DNA of 64,000 nt from an uncultured Thermoleophilia bacterium. Its GTDB lineage: Bacteria > Actinomycetota > Thermoleophilia > UBA2241. Below, piece by piece: positions 7,682-17,038 of this stretch. The notes beneath the pieces are model-generated. The model was not told the DNA's origin and searched no databases. It saw only the letters and a list, made by a program, of their open reading frames with translations. Position numbers and translations under genes: made by a program. The stretch lies in NCBI GenBank assembly GCA_963702475.1, contig CAVPCT010000003.1, positions 736,001 to 800,000 of the forward strand. The letters run 5' to 3'. Every line of letters starts with the position of its first letter. Position 1 is the stretch's first letter.

Positions 7682-10585
7682 GGTGTCGCCGCCGGGGCGC
7701 TGACCCACGCCCTCACCGGCGCCGTCATCGTCTACGAGGCGCTCCCGCCTCTTACCGCGAAGGGCAAGGCGGAGCCGCTCGAGGCCTGGCGTGCGGTCGA
7801 GGCGCGCTCGCGCACGGGGCTGCGGACGGCGGGCTCCACGCGCGGTCCGTTCCTGGGCAGGGAGCGCGAGCTGCAGACGCTTCTCGCCACCGCGCACTCC
7901 ACCTGGGAGACCGGCCTCGATCACTTCGTCCTGGTGGTCGGGGAACCCGGCATGGGCAAGAGCAGGCTTGTCCTGGAGTTCTCACGCGCGGTGGAGGCGT
8001 CCACAGAGCTCATCACGTGGCGGCAGGGGCGGTGTCTCGCCTACGGGGACGGCATCGCGTTCTGGGCGCTCGGAGAGGTGGTCAAGGAGCACGCCGGCAT
8101 CCTCGACTCGGACGACGTTCTGACCGTCGAGGAGAAGCTGGAGCAAGTGCTACCCCTGGGTACCGACCGGGCCTGGCTGCGCCAGCGCTTGCGGCCCTTG
8201 CTGGGGCTCGAGGCGTCGCAAGCCGAGCGAGAGGAGAACTTCGCCGCCTGGACCCGGTACCTCGAGGTCATGGCCGCGGACAGGCCCATGGTCCTGGTGC
8301 TCGAGGACCTGCACTGGGCGGGTGAGGCGATGCTCGGCTTCGTCGAGCACCTCCTTGCCCAGGACCTCTACGTCCCCCTGCTCGTGGTGGTCACGACGAG
8401 GCCGGAGCTGCTGCACAGGCACGAAGGGGCCCTGTGCCACCTCGGCGAGGGAGCCGGCCGCAAGGTCAGGCTGGATGTGCCCGCCCTCACGGCCGAGTCG
8501 GCCCGGCTGCTCATGGCCGAGTTGCTGGATGCGCCGCCCTCACCCGGTCTCGAGCGCCTGACCCGGCTGGTAGGAGGCAACCCCCTGTACGCCGAGCAGT
8601 ACGTGCGTCTGCTGCTGGACGCAGGGCATGTGGTACGGACCCACGCCGGCGTCCGCGTGCGGGAGGATGCGGACATCCCGATGCCCGCGACGCTGCAAGC
8701 CGTCCTGGCGGCCCGTCTCGATGCCCTGCCCGGCGACCTCAAGTCGTTGCTCTGTGACGCCGCCGTGATCGGCGAGTCGTTCTGGCGTGGCGGCGTGGCG
8801 GAGCTGTCCGGGGGCAATCCGGAGCGGGTCGAAGAGGCGATGGCGGCACTCGCCGCCCGCGACCTGGTGCGGCCGGTCGTCGCACGCTCCATCGAGGGCG
8901 AGCCGGAGTACCTGTTCTGGCACGCCCTCGCCCGCGACGTCGCGTACAGCGAGCTCCCGAGGCGGCGGCGGGCCCACAAGCACGCCGCCGCCGCCCGGTG
9001 GCTGGAGGACCGGTCCGGCGCGCGTCGGGACGATTTCAGCGAGATCATCGTGCACCACTACGAGACGGCACTGGAGCTGGCCGAGGCGGCGCAGGACGCC
9101 GAGCTCGCCGCTTCTCTGGCGGCGCCGACTGCCCGCGCCCTCGTGCGGGCCGGCGAGCGCGCCCTGCGTCTCGACGTCGCAGCGGCGGAGCGCTACTGCG
9201 CGCGCGGCCTGGTGCTCGTGAGCCCGGACGCGCCCGAGCGGGCGCGCTTGACTCAGTACTGGGCTCAAGCGCTCTGGCTCCGCCGCCGCTACAGCGATGC
9301 AGCGGCTGCCTACCGCGAGGCGATCGCCGGGTACCGCGAGCAGGGGGAGATACGCGCCGCGGCGGTGGCCATGTGTCACCTGGTGAGCGTCCTCACGTGG
9401 ATGGGCGAACCCTGCTTCGACATCACTCGAGCCGCCGTGGAGCTGCTCGAGCACGATGGGCTGTCGGCGGAGAAGGCGGAGGTCCTGGGGCTGTACGCGC
9501 TCGGGCTGGTCCTGACGGACGCCGAGCCCGGCGATGTGATCGAGGCGGCGGACGGCGCGCTGGAGATCTGCGCCCGGCTGGGCCTCCCCGACCCCGCGAT
9601 GGCCCTGAGCTGCCGGGGTGGCGCCCGGCTGCAGCAAGGCGACATCGACGGCTTCGAGGATTGGCGGCGCGCCGTCGAGGCCGCGCGGGAGCAGGGGCTC
9701 GGCGTGGAGCGCACGACCATCGAGATGAACTCCGCAGACTTCACGTTCGTAGCGCGCGGCGCGCAGGCCCGTGTGGACGTCCTCGAGCAGGGCGTGGAGT
9801 TCGCCCGCCTGCACGGGCTGGAGTCGTACGTCCTGAGTTGTCGAGAGGCCTTTGTCGGAGCCTGGATGGGTTCCGGTGAGTGGGATCGGGCGCTTGGCGA
9901 GGCGGAGGAGCTCATCAGGGAGTTCGACGAGCACGAGGAGCTGTGGGATGCGGTGGTGGTGCGGGCTCTCTGGGCCGTGCTCGAGTCGCTCCGCGGGGCT
10001 TCGGCCGACGCATTGCCGTTCGTGCCCTGGATGCTGGAAAAGGGCCGGGAGAGCGAGATCGGCTGGACCCGGGCCTACGCCGTCTGGGCCGCCGCTGTGG
10101 TCTATCTGAGCCTGGGGCGCGACCGGGAAGGCCTGGAACTGCTGGCCGAGGCGCACTCCTCACCGCAGTCCGCCGCGGTCGACCCCGACGACCTGCCTCA
10201 GACGGCCAGGCTGGCGCTGGCTGCCGGCGACGCCGAACTGGCGCGCCGTCTGGTGGCCGGCATCGAGGCGCACCTGCCGGCGACGCTGCTGCCCCTGCAA
10301 GAGCACGTGATGGTCACCGTCCGCGCGCTGCTGGCCGAGGCGGACGGCGGGCTTGAGGCGGCGGCGGCCGGCTTCGCTGACGCCGCCCGCCGCTGGCACG
10401 ACTTCGGCGTGCCCTACGAAGAGGGGCACGCCCTGCTGGGTCGGGGGCGCTGCCTGGTGGCGCTCGGCAGAGCGCCCGAGGCAGCAGCGCCCCTCGCCGC
10501 GGCCCGGGAGATCTTCGCGCGGCTCGGGGCGAAGCCGGCGCTGGCGGAGACGGAGGAGTGGCTGGCGAGGGCCGCCGGCAGCTGA
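7151..10585 (+). CDS. Class III adenylate/guanylate cyclase with double zinc ribbon, STAND/AAA ATPase and TPR region (copy 2)
   Basis: ATG at 7151 overlaps TGA of copy 1 (ATGA); same motifs, Walker A GEPGMGKS, LEDLHWA, GGNPLY. Confidence 0.92.
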   Translation: MSEVLVCPSCRAENPPRAKFCMECAAPLAAPRPRPAEERKVVSILFCDLVGFTAMSEAADPEDVEAVLGRYHEVARREIEHHGGVVEKYIGDAVVGVFGVPAVHEDDPERAVRAGLRVLRSLAGITRPDGTPLEARVGVNTGEALVRLDVDPASGRGFLTGDAVNTAARLQAAAAPMGVAAGALTHALTGAVIVYEALPPLTAKGKAEPLEAWRAVEARSRTGLRTAGSTRGPFLGRERELQTLLATAHSTWETGLDHFVLVVGEPGMGKSRLVLEFSRAVEASTELITWRQGRCLAYGDGIAFWALGEVVKEHAGILDSDDVLTVEEKLEQVLPLGTDRAWLRQRLRPLLGLEASQAEREENFAAWTRYLEVMAADRPMVLVLEDLHWAGEAMLGFVEHLLAQDLYVPLLVVVTTRPELLHRHEGALCHLGEGAGRKVRLDVPALTAESARLLMAELLDAPPSPGLERLTRLVGGNPLYAEQYVRLLLDAGHVVRTHAGVRVREDADIPMPATLQAVLAARLDALPGDLKSLLCDAAVIGESFWRGGVAELSGGNPERVEEAMAALAARDLVRPVVARSIEGEPEYLFWHALARDVAYSELPRRRRAHKHAAAARWLEDRSGARRDDFSEIIVHHYETALELAEAAQDAELAASLAAPTARALVRAGERALRLDVAAAERYCARGLVLVSPDAPERARLTQYWAQALWLRRRYSDAAAAYREAIAGYREQGEIRAAAVAMCHLVSVLTWMGEPCFDITRAAVELLEHDGLSAEKAEVLGLYALGLVLTDAEPGDVIEAADGALEICARLGLPDPAMALSCRGGARLQQGDIDGFEDWRRAVEAAREQGLGVERTTIEMNSADFTFVARGAQARVDVLEQGVEFARLHGLESYVLSCREAFVGAWMGSGEWDRALGEAEELIREFDEHEELWDAVVVRALWAVLESLRGASADALPFVPWMLEKGRESEIGWTRAYAVWAAAVVYLSLGRDREGLELLAEAHSSPQSAAVDPDDLPQTARLALAAGDAELARRLVAGIEAHLPATLLPLQEHVMVTVRALLAEADGGLEAAAAGFADAARRWHDFGVPYEEGHALLGRGRCLVALGRAPEAAAPLAAAREIFARLGAKPALAETEEWLARAAGS

Positions 10586-10621
10586 GGCCGGCAGCCGATC
10601 TCGGCGCCGCCCGGGCGCCGG

Positions 10622-10835
10622 TCAGGCCTGCTCCGCCGCCCCCATCCGCGCCCGCGCCGTGCTCTCCACCAGCGCCAGCGCCTCCGGCGAGCGCCTGAGG
10701 GCGACCGCCAGCAGCTCGGGCGTGAGCCCGAGCACGGTCCCGGCGGTCTCGGCCTGCACCTCGGCGTTGCGCAACGTGCCGTAGCCGGCGCCCCAGTCGA
10801 GCGCGGCCAGCTCGCCGACGAAAGACGGCAGACTC
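10622..10835 (-). pseudogene. C-terminal fragment of a cyclic-nucleotide-binding domain protein
   Basis: SFVGELAALDWGAGYGTLRNAEVQAET matches the phosphate-binding cassette GELA...R.A.V.A; the upstream sequence is not cNMP-like. Confidence 0.6.
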
Positions 10836-11186
10836 TCTGTGGAGCGGTCCAGCAGAAGAGTCACTATTCAAGATGACGCTTTCGGATGAGCCTTGACATT
10901 CGAAACGCGCCGCCAGTCGCAGTTCCCGGAGCTGCACGTCGCCGCTGCCGGCTCGCTCGGGTCGAACCGGCAGTGGTCCGTGGTCCGTCATGGATCGTCC
11001 GCGCCCACAGCCCCTGCCGCGAGATCCAGCATGATCGTCAGGGCCTCCCGCTCGGTCGCGGTGAGGGTCAGGCCGTTAGGCCTGCCGCCGTGGCGCTCGC
11101 TCGCTCCCGCCCAAGGGTCAGCGGACTCTCGTCGTCCGGCCGTGTGAGGCATAGAGTTGCGGTGCGTCCGGACCTGGAGGGGTCTG

Positions 11187-12842
11187 ATGGGAGCAGACGG
11201 CGAGAGTCGCCTGCGGGCGACGTTCGGGGTGTTCGGTACCGCGTTCCGCAACCGCTCGTTGCTGCTGGTGGAGCTGTCGTGGCTGGCGTTCAACAGCGCC
11301 GAGTGGGGCGTGTGGCTCGCGCTCATGGTGTGGGCCTACACGAGCGGCGGCGCGGCGGCCGCCAGCCTCATCGTGCTCGTCCAGCTGATCCCGTGCATCT
11401 TCATCTCGCCGTACCTCGGCGCGATCACGGACAGGGCCCGCGCCGGGCGGGTGCTCTTCCTCGGGCTCCTCATCATGGGCGGCACCATGGGGGCGCTCGG
11501 CGCGGCCATGGCCGCCGGAGCGCCGGACTGGCTCGTCTACGTCCTGGCGCCGATCATGAACCTCGCGCTCTCCGTCCCGCGGCCGGCGCAGGCGGCGCTG
11601 CTGCCCGGCGTGGTCCGCACGCCGCTCGAGCTGACGGCCGCCAACGTGGTGTCGAGCTGGATGGAGAACGTCAGCGTGCTCCTGGCGCCGGCGCTCACCG
11701 GCGTGCTGCTCGGAGTCGGGGGGCCGGCGCTCGCGGCCGGCGTGCTCGCCGCTTTCACGCTCGCCGGCGCCTTCATGGTCATCGGCGTGCCGGGGCCGAG
11801 GCCGATGACCGCGCGCGACACGACGGTCTCGCTCACGGCGGAGGTCAAGGAGAGCGTCGCCGCCGTGTGGAAGGTCCCCGCGGCCCGCACCCTCGTCGGC
11901 GTGGTGGGCTCGCAGTACATCCTGGTGGGGGCGCTCGATGTGCTGTACGTCGTGCTCGCCATCACGACGCTGGGCATGGGCGAGTCCTATGCCGGCTACT
12001 TCAACTCCGCGTTCGGCGCCGGCGGGCTCATCGGCGTGGCCCTGACGGCGGCCCTCGTGGCGCGCCGGCGCCTCGCGCCGGCCCTCATCGGCGGCATCGT
12101 CACCGCCGCGTTCGCGCTCGCCATCCTGGGCGTCTTCCCGAGCGTGGTCGGCGCCTTCGCCCTTCTGGCCATGGCCGGCCTGAGCCGGTCGGTGTTCGAC
12201 GTCACCGGCCGCATCCTGCTGCAGCGTGCGGCGCCGCCGCAGGTGCTCGGTCAGGTCTTCGCCCTGCTCGAGTCGCTCATGGATGCCGGCCTCGCCCTGG
12301 GCGCCATCTTCGTCCCCATCCTGGTGGGCCTCAGTGGCGCCCGTGCTGCACTCGTCGGTACGGCGCTGCTGCTGCTGGTCATTGTGGCGGTGGTCTGGCG
12401 GCGGCTGCGCAGCATCGACGACAGTGCCGACGTGCCGCAGGTCCAGATCCAACTGCTGCGGCTCAACCCGATCTTCGCGCCGCTGCCCGCGCCCGAGCTG
12501 GAGGGGCTGGCGCGGGCGCTCGTCCCTGTGGACGTCGCGGCCGGCGCCGTCGTCATCCGCGAGGGTGACGAGGGCGACTGTTTCTACGCCATCGCCGCCG
12601 GCGAGATGCAGGTGACGAAGAGAGGCCAAGAGGTCGCCGTACTGCGTCGCGGCGCCGGCTTCGGCGAGATCGCCCTCATCGAGGACGTGCCGCGCACCGC
12701 CACCGTCACCGCGCTCACCGACGCGCACCTGTTCTCGCTCGAGAAGGAGCCGTTCGTCCTCGCGCTCACCGGCCACGCCTCGGCCTCGCACGCCGCAGGT
12801 GACCTCGTGTCGAAGCGCCTCGGCGAGCTCGAGGTGCTCTGA
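11187..12842 (+). CDS. MFS transporter fused to a C-terminal cNMP-binding domain
   Basis: Many TM helices followed by VIREGDEGDCFYAIAAG...FGEIALIEDVPRTATV; GGAGG RBS before ATG 11187. Confidence 0.88.
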   Translation: MGADGESRLRATFGVFGTAFRNRSLLLVELSWLAFNSAEWGVWLALMVWAYTSGGAAAASLIVLVQLIPCIFISPYLGAITDRARAGRVLFLGLLIMGGTMGALGAAMAAGAPDWLVYVLAPIMNLALSVPRPAQAALLPGVVRTPLELTAANVVSSWMENVSVLLAPALTGVLLGVGGPALAAGVLAAFTLAGAFMVIGVPGPRPMTARDTTVSLTAEVKESVAAVWKVPAARTLVGVVGSQYILVGALDVLYVVLAITTLGMGESYAGYFNSAFGAGGLIGVALTAALVARRRLAPALIGGIVTAAFALAILGVFPSVVGAFALLAMAGLSRSVFDVTGRILLQRAAPPQVLGQVFALLESLMDAGLALGAIFVPILVGLSGARAALVGTALLLLVIVAVVWRRLRSIDDSADVPQVQIQLLRLNPIFAPLPAPELEGLARALVPVDVAAGAVVIREGDEGDCFYAIAAGEMQVTKRGQEVAVLRRGAGFGEIALIEDVPRTATVTALTDAHLFSLEKEPFVLALTGHASASHAAGDLVSKRLGELEVL

Positions 12843-13354
12843 GACCCAGAGCCCTGCGTCCGGGAGCGATGCCGAGAAGCGAGGCTCTCTCGATCCCGCA
12901 CGCGCGCGGCCGGACCTGTCCCCCGACTCGTCGGCGAGCTGGCCCTTGCCTGGGGCACCCCCGGCCGCAAGGTCATGCACTCTCGCTTCCTGAGTGTGCC
13001 GCCGCGCCGCTGACGAGCGCTGTGGGCTCCGGCCGGTCTGCCGCCGGGCCGTGACCAGGGGCCGGGCCGCCCGGTCGTACACCCGGCCGAAAGCCGCTCC
13101 ACGTTGGCCAGCACGCCGGGCTTGCCCGCTCCCTCGTGCCCGGCCTATGATTCGACTGCTGCACACATGACCGCAGCCGGGCGCCGTCTCCGCCCCCTGC
13201 ACCCAGGTCATGGACCCCCAGCGCGCGCATCCGCGCGTCCCCTGGGGGTCTTCGCGTTTTCCAGGGGGACTCTCACGACGCGCCGGTACCGCCGCTTCGC
13301 GGCCCCGCCGGCGCGCAGATACCGGCACGCACCGGTCCCGAAGGAGGGAACTGC

Positions 13355-14587
13355 ATGGACTTCCGCTACACCACCGAGCAGGAGATGTACCGCCAGGCCA
13401 TCCGCGAGTGGCTCACCAAGAACGTGGAGCCGCGTTCGCGCGCCATCGACGAGGCCGAGGACGGCATCCCCGACGACATCACCGCGGGCATGGCCGAGAT
13501 GGGCATGTTCGGCACCACCATCCCCGAGGAGTACGGCGGCATGCCGCTCCCGGATGAAGAGCGCCTCATCTACGCCATGATCACGGTCCACGAGATCGCC
13601 CGCGCCGAGCTCAGCATGAGCCTTCCCGTGTACACGCTGCTCACCATCGGCTGGTCGTACATCGTGAACCGCTACGGCACTGAGGAGCTCAAGCAGGAGC
13701 TGTTCCCGGCCGTGGCCGCCGGCAAGGCGTTCGCAGGCATCAACACCACCGAGCCCGGCGGCGGCTCCGACCTCGCCGCCATCAAGACCGTCGCCCCGTG
13801 GAACGAGGAGAAGCAGGCGTACATCCTCAACGGCGAGAAGGCCTACGTCAGCGGCCCCAAGGAGTGCGAGAAGTGGGGCGCCCCGAGTGGCCACTGCTCC
13901 CTCGTCAAGACCGATCCCACGCAGACGTACAAGGGCATGACCTTCATCTGGATCCCAGCCCACCTGGACGGCATCAGCTACACGACCTACAAGGACATGG
14001 GCCGCATGGGCCTCAGCACCGGCGGCTGGATCTACAAGGACGTCGAGCTGCCCAGGAAGTACCTGCTCGGCGAAGAGGGCAAGGGTTTCTACGTCGTGAT
14101 GGACGGCTTCAACGCCGCCCGCGTACTGGTGGCGGCGGCCTGCCTCGGCGGCGCCGAGAAGGCGCTCGAGATCAGCGGTGAGTACACGGCTCAGCGCACC
14201 ACGTTCGGCAAGCCGCTCGGCAAGTACGAGGGCATCAGCTTCGAGATGGCCGGCGACTGGATGCAGCTGGACATGCTCAAGCTCAACCTGCTGCGCGGCG
14301 CCTGGATGATCGGCCAGGAGCACACGAATCCAGGCCAGTTCGGGCGCAAGGAGATCAACAAGGTCATCAGCACCTGCAAGTGCCTCAGCCCGGCGCTGGC
14401 TCACGACATCGCCCGCCACGGCATGATGTACCACGGCGCCTTCGGCTACACCAAGGAGACCCCGCTCGAGATGTTCCTGCGCGGCGTCATGAGCTACGAG
14501 GTGGGCGCCGAGGGCGGCCTCATGATCATGCGCGGCGTGATCGCCCGCGACGAGTGGGGCGAGACGCACAACCCGTTCAAGGATTGA
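13355..14587 (+). CDS. Acyl-CoA dehydrogenase
   Basis: IPEEYGG, TEPGGGSD, LNGEKAYVS, RTTFGKPL, HGAFGY, C-terminal AEG; AGGAGG RBS. Confidence 0.92.
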   Translation: MDFRYTTEQEMYRQAIREWLTKNVEPRSRAIDEAEDGIPDDITAGMAEMGMFGTTIPEEYGGMPLPDEERLIYAMITVHEIARAELSMSLPVYTLLTIGWSYIVNRYGTEELKQELFPAVAAGKAFAGINTTEPGGGSDLAAIKTVAPWNEEKQAYILNGEKAYVSGPKECEKWGAPSGHCSLVKTDPTQTYKGMTFIWIPAHLDGISYTTYKDMGRMGLSTGGWIYKDVELPRKYLLGEEGKGFYVVMDGFNAARVLVAAACLGGAEKALEISGEYTAQRTTFGKPLGKYEGISFEMAGDWMQLDMLKLNLLRGAWMIGQEHTNPGQFGRKEINKVISTCKCLSPALAHDIARHGMMYHGAFGYTKETPLEMFLRGVMSYEVGAEGGLMIMRGVIARDEWGETHNPFKD

Positions 14588-14660
14588 CGCGGAGTGAGCT
14601 CGAGCCGGTCGTCACGGCAACCGGGCGGCGAGGCACGCGAGGGTCAGAAGCCAGAGTGAC

Positions 14661-15950
14661 ATGGAGACAGTGGAGTGCATCGTCGTCGGTGGCGGCCTCG
14701 CCGGCCTCTCCGCGGCCTACGGCCTGGCTCAGGCCGGCATGGAGGTCATGGTCCTCGAGCGCGGGGACTACTCCGGCGCCAAGAACGTAACGGGCGGGCG
14801 CCTGTACGTGAAGCCCATCAGGCGCTTCTACCCCGAGCTGTGGGACGAGGCGCCGTTCGAGCGGCCCATCGCCCGCGAGCTCGTCACCATGATGGCCGGC
14901 GGGCGGCAGACGACCATCGAGATCGCCTCGGAGCGGTTCACGGCCGAGTCGCCGCAGAGCTACTCGGTGGTGCGCGCCAGGCTCGACCAGTACCTGGCCG
15001 ACAGGGTCACCGCGCAGGGCGCCATGGTCGTGCCCAACATGAAGGTGGACGAGCTCCTGCGCAAGGAGGGCCGGATCATCGGCATCCGCGCCGGCGAGGA
15101 CGAGATCGGCGCGCAGGTCGTGGTCGTGGCGGAGGGCGTGCTGCGGCTGCTCAGCGCGGAGGCGGGCCTGGCGGCGAAGCCCGAGGCCCGGCACCACGCG
15201 CTCGGCTACAAGGAGATCATCGAGCTGCCCCAAGGCGTGATCGAGGACCGCTGGCACCTGAACCCGGGCGAGGGCGCCGCGCAGCTCTTCATGGGCGAGT
15301 GCACCAGGGGCATGATGGGCGGCGCCTTCCTGTACACGAACAAGGACAGCATCTCGCTGGGCATCGTCGTGGGGATGGACGACATGCGCCGCCGGCGCGA
15401 CGGCACCGAGAGCTGGCAGCTGCTGGACGAGTTCAAGGAGCTGCCCGCGGTCCGGCCGCTGGTCGCCGGCGGCACCGTGGCCGAGTACTCGGCGCACGCC
15501 ATCCCCGAGGGCGGCATCAGCCAGGTGCCGCGGCTGTCCGGCGACGGCTACGTCGTCGCCGGCGACACCGCGGGGCTCAGCCTGAACGCCCTCATCACCG
15601 TGCGCGGCATGGACTTCGCCATCGCCTCGGGCTACTTCGCGGCCGAGGCGGTCAAGGCCGCCAAGGAGGCCGGGGACTTCTCGGCCGCCGGCCTCGCCTC
15701 CTACGAAGCGAGGCTGCGCGACAGCTTCGTGCTCAGGGACCTGGAGACGGCCAGGGCCATCCCCGGCGTCATGGAGAACCCTCGCCTGTTCACGCACTAC
15801 CCCGAGGCCGTGGGACGGCTGCTCGAGAGCATCTGGACGGTCGACGACCAGCCGCAGGCCGGCCACGTCAAGAAGGCCTGGAAGGCGGCGCGCCGCGACT
15901 TCATGAGCCTGGCGACCGTCAAGGACGCCTGGTCCCTGAGAAAGATATAG
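14661..15950 (+). CDS. fixC: FixC-type FAD-dependent ETF-quinone oxidoreductase
   Basis: IVVGGGLAG, LERGDYSGAKNVTGGRLY, EYSAHAIPEGG, GDTAG, RGMDFAIASG. Confidence 0.9.
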   Translation: METVECIVVGGGLAGLSAAYGLAQAGMEVMVLERGDYSGAKNVTGGRLYVKPIRRFYPELWDEAPFERPIARELVTMMAGGRQTTIEIASERFTAESPQSYSVVRARLDQYLADRVTAQGAMVVPNMKVDELLRKEGRIIGIRAGEDEIGAQVVVVAEGVLRLLSAEAGLAAKPEARHHALGYKEIIELPQGVIEDRWHLNPGEGAAQLFMGECTRGMMGGAFLYTNKDSISLGIVVGMDDMRRRRDGTESWQLLDEFKELPAVRPLVAGGTVAEYSAHAIPEGGISQVPRLSGDGYVVAGDTAGLSLNALITVRGMDFAIASGYFAAEAVKAAKEAGDFSAAGLASYEARLRDSFVLRDLETARAIPGVMENPRLFTHYPEAVGRLLESIWTVDDQPQAGHVKKAWKAARRDFMSLATVKDAWSLRKI

Positions 15951-15967
15951 GAGCCTGAGGAGGAGCC

Positions 15968-16249
15968 ATGCCGATGAAGATCGACGCCAAGCTCGGCCTC
16001 GACGTCTTCAAGCTCGACAAGGAGCCGCACATCGTCATCGACACCGACGTGTGCGCCAAGGTCTGCACCGACGAGGCCTGCGTGTACGTGTGCCCGGCCG
16101 ACCTGTACGAGCGCGACGACCAGGGCCGCATGACGGTCAACTGGGAGGGGTGCCTGGAGTGCGGCACCTGCATGATCTGCTGCGACCCCCGCGCGCTCTC
16201 GTGGGAGTACCCGAGCGGGCCGTACGGGGTGCAGTACCGGATGAGCTGA
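15968..16249 (+). CDS. fixX: FixX-type ferredoxin
   Basis: CVYVCPADLY, EGCLECGTC, WEYP.G..GV.YR. Confidence 0.9.
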   Translation: MPMKIDAKLGLDVFKLDKEPHIVIDTDVCAKVCTDEACVYVCPADLYERDDQGRMTVNWEGCLECGTCMICCDPRALSWEYPSGPYGVQYRMS

Positions 16250-16262
16250 CGGAGGTGACGGC

Positions 16263-17036
16263 GTGGACATCGTGGTCTGCGTGAAGACCAACCCGGACCT
16301 GCAGATGGTCCGCATCAAGGACCGAGTGGCGCAAACCGAGGGCGTGCCGTACAAGATCGGCGACCTCGAGAGGAACGCGCTCGAGGCTGCCGTCGTGCTG
16401 CGCGACGCGGTCGGCGGCAAGGTCGTCGCACTGTGCCTGGCCGAGGGCAACCGCAAGGCGGCCGAGGACATCAAGTACGCCTTGGCGATGGGCGCCGACG
16501 AGGCCGTGGTCGTGGACGACCCGGCCCTCTCGGCGCCGGACCAGGCGGCGGTGGCGGCAGCGCTCGCCGCCGCCGTCAAGAAGATCGGCACCTGCGACCT
16601 GCTGCTGTTCGGCGAGGGCTCCAGCGACAACTACACCGGGCAGGTGGGGTCGCGCGTTGCCGAGCTGCTCGGCGTCCCGCAGATCGGCTACGCCCGCAAG
16701 GTCCAGGCGGAGGACGGTGTGGTGCGCTGCGAGCGCAGCATGGACGACATGCTCGAGACCGTGGAGGCGCCGCTGCCGGCCGCCGTCACCGTGGTCAGCG
16801 AGATCAACGAGCCGCGCATCCCCGGGCTCATGCACATCATGAAGGCCAAGAGCAAGCCCATGCAGACGTGGTCGCTGGCCGACCTGGGCGTCGACGCGCC
16901 GGCGCCGGTACGGGAGATCGTGAGCAACCTGGCGGAGGAGCAGGACCGCAAACACGTCCTGTTCGAGGGCTCGGCGGCCGAGCAGGCCGACGCCTTCGTC
17001 AACGCGCTCATCAAAGAAGGCGTCCTGGGGAGGTAA
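16263..17036 (+). CDS. etfB: Electron transfer flavoprotein beta subunit (FixA/EtfB)
   Basis: MDIVVCVK, ALAMGADEA, GEGSSDNYTGQVG, INEPRIP. Confidence 0.92.
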   Translation: MDIVVCVKTNPDLQMVRIKDRVAQTEGVPYKIGDLERNALEAAVVLRDAVGGKVVALCLAEGNRKAAEDIKYALAMGADEAVVVDDPALSAPDQAAVAAALAAAVKKIGTCDLLLFGEGSSDNYTGQVGSRVAELLGVPQIGYARKVQAEDGVVRCERSMDDMLETVEAPLPAAVTVVSEINEPRIPGLMHIMKAKSKPMQTWSLADLGVDAPAPVREIVSNLAEEQDRKHVLFEGSAAEQADAFVNALIKEGVLGR

Positions 17037-17038
17037 CG

